Below are positions 1-14,100 of a stretch of 64,000 bases of DNA, in pieces (within the stretch, counting starts at the first letter, position 1; every line of letters starts with the position of its first letter). The notes beneath the pieces were generated by a model that was given only the letters and a program-made list of their open reading frames with translations, was not told the origin of the DNA and searched no databases. Origin of the DNA: Octopus sinensis (Eukaryota); contig NW_021832531.1 of NCBI RefSeq assembly GCF_006345805.1, positions 248,001-312,000 on the forward strand, given 5' to 3'. The translations under genes were made by a program, and so were the position numbers.

Positions 1-763
1 TTATAAGTGCAAAAACTCGTCTTATCTCATTATTTTGGGAGGTTAAAAATATTTAGTTATAAATTCAGAAAAGCCAGTTATAAAAATTAAATCTCCTGAG
101 GCTGTCGTCGCAGGATTCGGAATTTCATTACATTGCCAAATAACACAAGGAATCCCCAAACCACAATTAGTTTGGGTCAAAGTTTTAAAAAATCATAAAA
201 AACAAATCTGTCAAGTAAATTAGTTTCCTAAAGCATAGAACTGTCCTACAATAAAAATTAACACTACACGTGATCGCAGTGTCAAATATAAATGCATTGC
301 ATCTAATTCTTTAGGAGAATTTACTCGACAAGCATTTTACAAATTATTGAGTTTGTCAGTTTCAATTTTTTATTAGCCACCTCCCTGAAATTTGACAATA
401 ATAAAACTCAGACTGTCGTCTGTAGAGCACAATATCACAAATGCGTTTCCTCTATCAATTTTTACTGGTTTTTGAACCATTTACCAATTAGTGGTACATT
501 CAGGAGGTAGAAATATTATAACCTATAAATCTAGAGATTTAAAAGCTGAAACTCATTACATTACGTCATTTTTGAAAATTGAAAACAAAAAATTTGAGCA
601 TATAAGTTGCTTGGTAGAATATGAAATAGTGTCAGAATATTTCAATGTAACCAAAATTTTAAAACATGTTCCATTTTACGAAATTAAAAGTTTTACATAT
701 TGTCGCTTCTACTCAATTACTTATCTCGTTTATGTCTTAATAAATTACATTTTAAACTTTTAA
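1..763 (+). CDS. Immunoglobulin-superfamily protein, 3' part (at least 2 Ig domains), multi-exon, 5'-truncated by the window
   Basis: Manual translation across ~26-nt GT-AG introns gives LHCQITQGIPKPQLVWVK ... YKCIASNSLG (Ig I-set CxxxGxPxPxxxWxK and YxCxAxNxxG motifs). A second domain reads VVCRA...FYWFLN...ISCLVEY. The 3' end is uncertain. Confidence 0.7.
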
Positions 764-1769
764 CAATTTCTTTATACTCTACAAAACATAACTATACAAT
801 TTTTATTAACATATTTACAGTAGATCAATTTAAAAATAGTTGTTTGAGGGTAAATTATGTTTAAAACTAATATGAATAATAGCAGAGTTATATTAATTGA
901 TATAAGAGTGTGTTAATGAGTATGTCTATTGACCTAATTAAGTTTCTCAGTAATTGAAAAATAATTGTCAAAAGATTAGATTGCAGTAATACATTAAAAT
1001 TTTAATCTTAGAAAGAACTTTTATAAAAAAAATTTTTAAGGAAAAAGCAAATAAATTTTTGGTCGGACACTTTATTTGTCAGTAGTGGGTTAATATAACA
1101 CATTTAGTCGCTTCATTCAGAATTTGTAGATATTTCAGTACTTACACTTTAAGAAGACATGCAAGTAAAAATAAGTTTTGATTCTTCAAAACAATGCCTA
1201 CGTGGTCATTCGAACATACATCGATTTAGAGTGTTGTAGATTGTTTGGAAGCTGCCAAAAGATATTAGGTTATTAACTTTCAGAAACTTTCAGTAACTCC
1301 AAAAATCAACGACTTTACCTAAGAGCTATAAGAAGCTTGTTGAGTTCCATTAAGGCAGTGAGAAAGATAAATTTCTCTATGAGTTAATTGACGGTAGAGA
1401 TGACGAAAAACAAGAAGAAAGCACAGAGAAATCTGATTTCTATCATAATGAATTGTATAAGAAGCAATTTTATGAACTGTTTAAAAAAACGAATAATTTA
1501 TTGGATAATTTTGTTTATTGTTTTGTTATAGTATGAAATCTAAATAGCGTATACAAAATCCAAACTTAGGTTTCTGTTAATTTATATTTTATTGTCATAT
1601 CTGTTCTCTTCTATACGAGTATCAACAAAATATCGAAAATTTTGTCAAAAATCGAGTTTATATTTTTAAAAATTTTAGAAATAAATTTTCATATAACCTA
1701 AAGATGTACCGAAATTTTTACTAATTCATAAACAATTTAATTAAAAAAAGTCGAAAAAATTATGAGATT

Positions 1770-3209
1770 CCAGAGCTGAAATCCAGCAAGCCATCAGTCA
1801 ACACATTTGCCTAAAAAACTAACAATAATTGTTAACCTCAGTAATTAAAAAACGAATAAAATCCTCAAGACTATTACCCAAAGTCTTTCCGAGTTGGAAA
1901 ACATATTTTTCTGGCAGCCAAGTCATTAATCGTGCCAGAGAGGAATACATTGTCATAACAAGAAATAAATTTTCACAACTCAACAGTACAGATATAGCCA
2001 AAATAACCGTCTTTGTCAATTCATTTACATCCAAAAATAAATCACGGCCATAAGAAATAAAATCAAGAATCGAAGAAGAAATAAACACGTTTTTAATTCC
2101 CTCACAACCAATAGTTATTAACTGAGACAATAAACGAAGAATAAACCTTAAAGTAAAGCTCAGAATCAATAATTTTGCCATTTCTCATAACAAAATTCGC
2201 AAAATCAATTAAAGCTGTCACAAAAATGTCTTTTTCATCAGAATTTATCATTTTGTTGGCAATTTTAACACAAATTCTGATTAAATCAACTGAAAAATCG
2301 TCAGGACAAAACAAAATCGAATCTCTTAGTACTCCAATCTCTTATTAAAGACAATAAAACATACAAGAAAGCTATGATTTGAACACTCCTTTATTAACTG
2401 GCTTGGATTTCCACTAAAAACTAACCGGAATAAACTAATTCTGCACATATCACAACCCTCCAGAACGAGAGTGGCTTGAATATGATCAAAAATAGCCTTT
2501 TTGTGATGATTAGATAATTTATTCAGACGTGAAACAACGAAAGAATGTAGGCATTCATATTGAGGAGTAGTTTGAGCAAGTTTTCCACAAATATTAACAA
2601 GGAAAAGTGTCCTCCATTGGGTATTTAGGGGGTCAATGTGTCTAAAATATATAAAAATTACTCAACTCTATGGCTCGCCATGAATCTATGGCAAAAAGAC
2701 GACAGACAGTGTGGAATGAGAGGATATTGTCAACAAGGACTAAATACTTTTCTCAAATATGGCTATTTACCAATTGATAGGGAGATTGTAAAGAAGAATG
2801 AATTTTTAGAATCGTTTTTAAAAGAGAAATGTACATTTCTGGGAGAAGAATGTCAAATTCGACTGAAAATGAGTTTAAATGTTTAACTTTGGATAAGTAT
2901 GTTGAAGAAAACTGATAAATATTGTTTTTTGGAGGTGTTTTCATCCTGTATGATTAATGTGGGGATCAGAAGTGCGAGTTTGTACAGAGTTTCTGTGTCT
3001 GCAGGAATTTCTGGTCCTGTCTTTGGTTGGATGGCAAGATTGATTAAAAGTGGGACAATAATTTCTTTATTGAGATTAGAAAATTCTGATTGATTTAGTA
3101 GATCATCTAATATTTCGTTATTTGTGAATAAATTGTTGATTTTCTTTGACCAATCTATATCAATTATTAAAAAATATAAACGTGGATCTTCCATCAAAAG
3201 TGGTACCAC
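1770..3209 (-). CDS. Hypothetical multi-exon alpha-helical (HEAT/ARM-like) protein
   Basis: ORFs 2883-3209, 2753-2944, 2102-2314 and 1819-2181 join into one Leu/Ile-rich reading frame via 24-30-nt GT-AG introns. No family recognised; start and stop are approximate. Confidence 0.55.
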
Positions 3210-3465
3210 AAAAATAATTAATTACCGCCAAAATATTGAATATAATAAACAATTTGAAATTAAATATTTTTTATTGCACAATAACTAAATTCAAACATGT
3301 TTTTATTACTTAGATTAAAATAATTTCATGGATCCTCCTGGTTTGTTATTTCCTGGTAATTTCCTCAGAAATAATTCCCATCAGTTTTTATTTGGATAAA
3401 CTTATTTTAAGATATAAATATATATTAATTTAAATAATCAAATTAAAAATAATAGTCGGCACTAA

Positions 3466-5748
<2,283 letters not shown>

Positions 5749-7889
5749 ATTCTAATTTTCGTTTTCGGATTTAGTTTTCATTTCTTAATTTAGTCACAAA
5801 CTGAGTCGCGTGTTACATGGATCTATATTTCTAGTTTTTTATAAGTAGCTGGTTTCTATCGTACTTTGAAAATCTTTATCCAGTTTGTATGTCTGAAGCT
5901 TCTCAAATTCTATTGATATTTATTAGATAATATATATCATTAAAAAAAAGAAAAAAAATCGGGAACGAAAAATTGAATCCCGAAAGTGACGAATTTTTCT
6001 GTAAAAAATTTAGAAAAACAAAGATTTTAGACTTAATTTTATGCAAACTGTAACAAATAAAATGAAAAGTGGCAATAAATTAATAATTCTCTTAAAATTA
6101 ATTCTGGATGTTTAAATACATCTAGTTAAAAAACCCTTGTTTGGCACTAACCCTAACTTTATCATGGTACTTGGTGTCCTAGCGAGAGGTCGGACTCTAT
6201 ACATAATTCCATACGTTGATAAAGTCACTCGACATGATATTTCCACACTCCTAACAGAATAATCATAATTTCATTTATAAAGCATCCAAACTTTTTCTGA
6301 TTTTTCAGTATACAGCCCTAGTCTCCTGAACGCGTATATAAAGTGCCGGTGACGCTCTTTTCCCTGATGATTTCACACAAATAATTCTAACACTCTTGAA
6401 GATTTTTAATAACCCGTTCAAATAATCCAGGACACGTAAACATCAAATCGTTTATGTTTTTTAGACTTGCCCTTTTTAACTTTGTCTTCATCAGATCGCT
6501 CAAATCTTTTATAGACCTACAAGACATGACAGATTGGTATATCTAGATATCACCTCTTATTGTACAGGCAGGAGTATATCGGGGCTTGCTATGGCCACGG
6601 AGATGAATATTAAAAAATCAGTCATCAAGGGTCTATCCTGGCTCGACTCAAAAATGAAGTACAAAATAAGATAGCAAAGCTTGTGAGTGAATTTGTTCAT
6701 TATTCTTGTGTTTATTATTCTTTTAGATATAATCATTTTCGAAACACATGTGTGCCAGTTTGTGTGCTACCACGAAAATAACGAAGGAATTTGTACTGGA
6801 CGAACTGAGTGCCTTATTGACAAGAACGGTGGGTTTCCTTAACGTAACCAACCTCCAATTCTCCATTTCTCCTATTATATCACCTTCCTTTATCAACCAT
6901 TGATAAATCAGAAACAGAGATAATATCCGATTTGGTAAGTGAAAAAAAACAATGACTTAAATGCAAAGCTATAAAATTATTTTCAAGCAAGGCCGCGACT
7001 TATCTCATAAATAATTTTTATTTTAAAAAATGGGTATTTTTATCAAAGCAATAACCAGAATTTACAAATTGAACAAATTAGTTTTAATTGTTTATGCTGG
7101 ATTTATTCAAGTTTAATAATATTTTTCGATTTAGTTCAGCGTTACTATAATTGTATTTTTGCGTAAATAAAATCTTAAATGGAAAATAATTCACATTATG
7201 AAGGAAAGCTTCAAGAATTGAAAATTGCAAAACAAACTTATTCCGTTATCAGTATTTAATTCAAAGTTTATAGAAAATTAAAGAAAACGGTGGCATAAAC
7301 CCAGACTTGGTGTATGTGTTAATAACAATTATTTATATAGTACTGAATCAGAAAAATATGTCGCCCAATTTTGGAACAGGAAAATGATTAATCGTTTTAA
7401 AGTAAAAACAATAATGATTTTTAGAATTTTGAATACTTTCAACAGTACTACTAAAAACCTAAAAATTGATTTTATTTCTTTTTGACAAAATATTACACTA
7501 AGTTAATATGTTTATTAACCTTTATTTTTAATTAGTTAAGCTATTTGTGGTATTTTTTAAGCCAGACCTGTGGAAATCACCAACCAGTTTAATGGGCTGG
7601 ATAATATTATTTGTGCAAATTTTTAGCAAAATATGGTTTGATATATCATTCGGAAAAATATTTATTCACTAATTTTTTATTTTTACATTTTACAGAACGT
7701 GATTGCAAAAATCAAGAAAGAAATGGAAAAACTCCATAAATATTTGATTTTTAATAATTGTGTCGAAATACAATTGTCAGTATTTTTAGGATATTTAGCG
7801 ATCATTTTAATTCCAACATGTTTGTTATTTTAGTCAATGTATTACACAAATTGAATGAGTACGGTCACTACAAGATTTTCAATACAAAT

Positions 7890-8930
7890 TCTATTAGATT
7901 TGTTAACTTAGGAATCTTTATTGAGGAAAAAAGGCACGGTTCAAAGGCACTTGCGGTTGCATGCATGATGGACTGTGCATTGCCGCGTACGACAGCTATT
8001 CCGATTTGTTGGAACGGCCGTGACACTTTCCGAAGGTCCTCACGTCCCATTTGGACTTTTCCTCTGATTTCTTTGATAAAAGAGTCGTCAGAGGGCCAGT
8101 TACCCCAAATGTCTCCACAGCGATAGGGATAAAACGATACCGTTGTCCAAGATTTGCATATTTGGCAATTTTCTCTGTTCTGCAGCAAATACTGCAGAAT
8201 CCGGAGAAACAGCCGAAGAGACAATGTTTGTCCGGAAATGATGTCAACACACGTTAAACCTCAAACGAGTGATTTCCCGCAGCAGTAAGAAAATGTTGTC
8301 ATCCCATTTAATCTTTTCTCATTTCCCACCGGCTCTAGCACCAATGGGAAGTCCGCTGACTCAAGAGCTCATAAGATAACATTGTTAACAACGGAGTGTC
8401 AAGGAGTTCGCCCAGATCCTATCGAATCTTTTCTCACGCCCACGATCTAGGCACATTGGATTTAACACCGAGAAGAAGCCCCTTGACTGGTAAAATAACA
8501 TTGTTAACAGCGGAGTACTAAGGAGCAAGCCCAGCACTCGTTTGCAAGGGAGTGGGTAAACACCTTTGACGTTAACCATTTTTCCACATCTGCAACGATG
8601 TTGTTCCCATATGTCAAGTCTCAGTGCAGTACCGATGCGCACACAGTCATCCTCTAATAATGTTCCGAGGCCACTAATTGGTATAGCATTCAGCCATGAC
8701 ACGCTGTGTGGCACAGCTGCAGAGCGTAAACAGGCGAGGCGATGCTGATCGAGTCTCATTGCAAGGTTGTCTGAGGTGGATTTACAGTGTAGATTGTCCT
8801 AGCTCCGTTGAAGTGATGTTTTGAGTGGGAATTTTAATCCTAAATCCGTTACAGTATACATCCATTTTCAAAAGCCATGTCCAAAGAGAGGAATTTATGT
8901 AGAATCTCCAAGGATAACTCTCGGCAGAAT
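7890..8930 (-). mobile_element. CRE-like non-LTR retrotransposon 3' remnant (restriction-like endonuclease region), degenerate
   Basis: Frameshifted ORFs read RSAAVPHSVSWLNAIP..LGTLL..ALRL..CRCG, then KIAKY..RYRFIPIAVETFG and IGIAVVRGNAQSI, typical of the CRE-clade C-terminus. Confidence 0.75.
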
Positions 8931-9015
8931 GAGTGAAAGATCAAGAAGGCAGATCTTAGTTGTTAATATTAACATTTTTATTAATTTTTTGTTAATTTGA
9001 TAATATATCATAATC

Positions 9016-10590
9016 TTAGATGATTCCAGCTATTCCTTGAGATTGACGATTTCGGTCAATTATTTTTTCAAGCGCATATTCAATTTCATGTCCACAATCT
9101 GATCCATCTACCTCCAAAGACAAAAGTGTTTTGTTCTTATCAAGACTGTCTCTCAACAGCTTTCCCCCATCCTATCATTTTATATTCCACATATGCCACT
9201 CACCAAAGTTAATTTGTTATTGGCTAACATCACATGTTTTATTATGCAGTTATTTTCTAAGGCATTGCTTAGAGATTGAGCCACAGAAAATGATAAGTAA
9301 TTAGAAGATATATCCAACACTTCCAATGAAGTATTCTTTGCTAGAGCTTCAAAAATGGCAATTCCGCCATTATCCTCAATTTGATTAAGACGAAGAATAA
9401 GCTTTTTTAATGAAATGTCGTTATCGGACAAAACCTTGGCTATGGCTTTGGCCCCCTCAGTTCCAATCTTATTGAATGTCAAGTCGATTTTTTCCAAAAC
9501 ATTTGATCCTTTAATTAATTTTGCAATTGCTCGACAGCCCTTTGGGCCGATGTTGTTATATGACAAATCAAGTATTTTCAAGTTCGGATGAGCATTTATA
9601 TTTGTCAGTATAAGCTTGCACTTGTCGTCATTAAGACTACTACGGTGAATATGTAATAATTCCAAATTTCTGTAAACTGCCAAACATTTTGTAAATTGGA
9701 TAGCATCAAGATTAGTCATTCCAAAAAAGCGCCATTCAAAATTTGTTCCGCAATTTTTAACAGAAAATGACACGTGCAATTCTTTAAGATTTTTGAGTCC
9801 CTAATAATTTGAATTAATAGTTTACATGCAGTATTGGAGCAAAATCGATGTGATCTGAGATGTGGTCTTCTTCGTCTTCGCTTTCAATAAAATTATTTGG
9901 ATTTTCGTTTTTAATAGGCGGTAGCAGCTGTTTCAAATCAAGCTAATAAAGAAATATGCACATGTATACTCTTTGAATATATTCTCCAGTGACGGATATC
10001 ATGTTTATAATATCTTTAAGATCACTCATAAGGGGCACATAATTTTCGATCATTGCTTCAAGAGTTCTTTCAAGAAACATTCGTCTCCAAGAATTTCCAT
10101 ATGATAATACATTACAGACACGCCATCTTAAAATCTAACAAATTTAACATACCTGTCAAAACAACATCTTTTCCAATATTGTTCATCAGAAACAACTTTG
10201 ATTGTCAAAGAAACTGGAAAATTGGTTGGAATTTGTTTTATTAGAATAGCACGATATTTTTCTGGAAGATGTTGATAAATTTCAGAAATCTCTGATTTTC
10301 TCAAATATTTACAAATTAACCCGAGAAATTCTTAATCATATAATCTGTAACTATTTGAGTAAGACGAGGAATTATGCTCAAATTCCAGTCGAGATCCTCA
10401 GCTATAAATCTTCGGACAGTGTCCCAGTTATAAAAATTCTTCGTAGAATTCGAACTGATCTTTGATTTAGCAGACCTAAAAAATATTTACAAATAAAAAA
10501 CATCTTTTCCTTATTGGTTGTCAGGGAAATAAATTTAGAATCAAAAATTTTCAAATATTAAGAAATACAAATTTGTTTATTAAACTTAAC
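9016..10590 (-). CDS. TCTE1: Dynein regulatory complex subunit 5 (TCTE1), LRR protein, multi-exon
   Basis: RRFIAEDLDWNLSIIPRLT, YWKRCC..WRVCNV..GNSWRRMFLER, VKNCGTNFEW, LRLNQIEDNGG and last exon DGGKLL..NKTLL all match DRC5. The frame is intact across ~25-29-nt introns; the exact start codon is uncertain. Confidence 0.88.
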
Positions 10591-11144
10591 AGACATTTGT
10601 ACTATTTGTTATCAATCCGAAATCCAGATCCTGCAATCTGAATTAAAATTTTAACACTTAAACTTACGAAATAGTTTATTAATCGTTCAAATCTGGATAA
10701 AAATCTAATTGAATAAAATAATTTCTTACATTCGAAATTTTAACTAAAAATACAGTACACCAAAAGTTAAGTGTTAAAACTTGTGTACCGAAATTTGGAA
10801 GCATACAAATAACTAACAAAAACATTAGCGCAAATGCAAAAAACATTAACTTATTAGCCTTTTTTTAAATTGCATAGGAGTTGAATTTTATCGCTGATAC
10901 ATCCTTTGAAGTGTGGCACTCAACTATTGACAAAATAATATAAACCTAGCTTTAATTTATTGATGTAAAGTACACTAAGTTATGTACTTTCAAACCAACA
11001 CTTTGCACCAGTAAACCTAAATCGGAAGAGTATAAAATTATTTTGTTACCATACCTCTTATTTATTAAAACCACAATTATAGTATAAATTTCTAACCGTA
11101 CTAGATAAATTATCAACAAAATAGAGAAATGAAAAAAGTAAAAA

Positions 11145-14100
11145 TTATTTAAGGGAAGAATCGTTTTTTCCATTACCTTCTTCATCTTTCTCTTCATTAT
11201 TTTCCAAATCACCGGGTTGCTGCAGCTGTGATGTCGCCGAAGTCTACAAATAAAGAATATCACTACAGTTCCGAAAAGTCTCGATGAAGTCAGTCTACTA
11301 GGACGGGACATAGATTGAAGAGTCGGAGAATATGCAGGACTGGTTGGAGAATAAGAAGGAGACGATGGTGAATATGAAGGACTCGTAGGACTATAACCAG
11401 GACTTGTGGGATAATGTGATGCTCGATATGCAGGACTTGTTGGAGAGTATGAAGGAGATGTGGGAGACGCAGATATTCCAGTGGGTGAATGAGGGGAATA
11501 TGCAGGACTGGTTGGTGAATAATAATGAGATGTTGGAGAATATATTGCATTTATGGGAGAATAAGAAGGTGAGTTCGGATGATACGAATAAGAAGGAGAT
11601 GTGGGAGAGTAATTCGTAGGTTTATTATACATATCCTTAGATTCTGTATAACATGGGGAAGTTGGAGAGTATTGCTGGTTTCCGCCTGACTGATAAGAAG
11701 GACTTGTTGGAGAGTAAAGCGGGGAATTTGGATTGTATTGCTTCGAATCATAAGGAGAATAAGACGGACTCTTTTGACCAGGAGAAGGACAGAAAGGAGA
11801 ATACCCCAAAGGAGACCCATATGGGTCAAATGATTCGTACGAAGAATCCAACCGAGGAGTGGAAGGCAATTTACGATCATATGAATATGGACTAGCCATA
11901 TTAGAAACATTTCCATCAATAGAATGAGCTGGAGAAACACCAGACATGACACTCATTGGAGACATAGGTGTGTGCCCACCTGGAGAAGTCCCATAAAAAC
12001 TCTGCATTGAGGGAGAAAACCCAGACACGGCACTGGGAGTGAGCGCAGTATTTCTTCCATACGACGAAAGCGAACTATCCCCAGTGGGGGTCATGAAGTT
12101 CCAAGGAGTACCATCACCCTCTGCTGCCCCCATAGTGTTGAGTACTACAAGTCATAATCACAAATATAACCAGAATAGTCAATATTGGCTACACCCTTGC
12201 ACTTATCCACATCCAGAATTAAATCAAACGACCCAGTCCCAACTTTAGCCAACTGTCCGAGAATTATATTCTCAGAAACTCCCTTCATATTATCTGTCTC
12301 CCCGTACATTGCCGCATCAAACAATATTTCAACCTAAAGTCAATATACAACAAATACAGTTTCCTCAAATGAACACCTCGTGAGAGCTCCAGTCTCCTGT
12401 CTGTTTATTCCGTGGCGAGTAATAGCCATGAGATATCCCCGCGATGTCATCACTTCACACAACAGTCCCAAATGTCGACTATTCACATAACTCCCGTCGA
12501 AGGAGATTACGTGGATCATCTCCGTTTCGATAGCTTTACGGGCGGCCTCAATCCCAAGAACCTACAAGACTATATGCCTCTACAAACCCTGAATATTTCG
12601 ACAATATCGTTGGTATATGTTCTCTTGCTATCCACGTCAGGATCACTTAATACTGGAATCAAGTTCGATCCGTCAGTTTCCAGCATCCACTCTTGAATGA
12701 ATCGGTACTCCCCCTCCTCAGTTATCACCGATCTTTTCTTGCTGTTGACCTTCGGCCAGTGCATGTAGACCTGCAATAAAGCACATAACTCACTTTGGTA
12801 ATTCCTTCGATTCCCTGCAAAGTCATATTGGACAGTAAATCACTCTCAATACACCGAAGAAACACTCCGTCGTCCATTTTGTGAATCAACTCCTCATCCT
12901 ATGACATTAAATAGTCCCTCAACCTCCTCCAACTTAACATCCCCCGTGTTCTTCACACGCACGTGCATTACTAATTTCTCAGCGTTATCGTCGTTGAAAA
13001 ACACAGCCAATTCATTTCCATAATCTATAAATGAAAATAAACAGTACTGACCATTATATATTCTCTCATTTATGTATTCCAACGTTAACTTCTTGTCCAC
13101 CATTCGTTTACGGTCGAGTTCTATTCGCAGCAACCAAGGGGACAGGGAATCCATCTCCACATCCGGCATTTCCCAATAAACACTGATCCAATCCTGATCT
13201 TCCTCAATCACAGTCTCTGCCGGATTGGGATCGTAGTATATGGCCGTGTTGGCTGTTACATTACGGAGAATTGTATGTTCCAGTCTGCAGTGGACGTCCT
13301 TTGCTCTTTCATCGTCGGCAGCAGCGTGGGGGTGTAAAAATATCAACAAAGATGGAGTTTTGGGTTTTTTGGCCACATTTATGATTTCTCGAAGTCTTGG
13401 AACTCCAAGAGTCACGTTTTTTGCGGAGATTCCAGCATAGTGGAATGTGTTGAGAGTCATCTGGGTGGCTGGTTCTCCCAATGACTGTGCTGCCAGTGGA
13501 CCAACCATCTCACTGGGGTGAACCTGGGCCAATTGAAATTGCTTTTGGATCTCCTCAACGACCCAATTGAAAGCCAGTTTAGACAGCCTGGATTCTTCGC
13601 TAATCAACCGACGGGAACACAACATTGACCGACACAGACACTTCATCAACAGAGTGGCATTATTATTGGCCACTCGACTGATTTCGTCCTCCCCAGCCAC
13701 CACAATGAGATTCTCGGTCAGTTTACGGACACCTCGAATCACTTCAATCGGATTTAAATCGGTTGGCCGCCGGAGATCAACATGAAACTTTTTCTGAGCG
13801 TTTTGAATGAGTCTTTGAATATTACAGGGCAGGTAAATCTTAGGATATAAAGTGGGAAATACCGGTTTGTCCCCAGTAGGGAATATCCGTCTTATTGAAG
13901 ACCTATCCTCACATAACTGCCTCCATTCTGACTCAATATCCTCCAATCCGGAAATATCTCCGAGTACATCACGAACAACATTATCCTCCAGCGATTTCCT
14001 TAATTCTCTACAAATATTTACAAATGCTACGTTTCATTGGATACATCAAATCTGCACTGTTTGTGAAATGCTTTATCAGACATTCGCAAAGTAGGGATTT

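Noticed and set aside
1160-1535. Possible small gene with a hydrophobic C-terminus (SNARE-like)
   Set aside because: I could not build a consistent spliced open frame; two frames look equally plausible.
2960-3060. NLAIQPKTGPEIP resemblance to neurochondrin
   Set aside because: One short patch only; the rest of the protein does not follow.
6148-6160. TAACCCTAAC telomere-like motif
   Set aside because: Fewer than two full units; expected by chance.
10952-11243. Long hydrophobic C-terminal extension of RPB1 in the ORF track
   Set aside because: Read-through of a 23-nt intron (11244-11266); the spliced frame stops at 11145.
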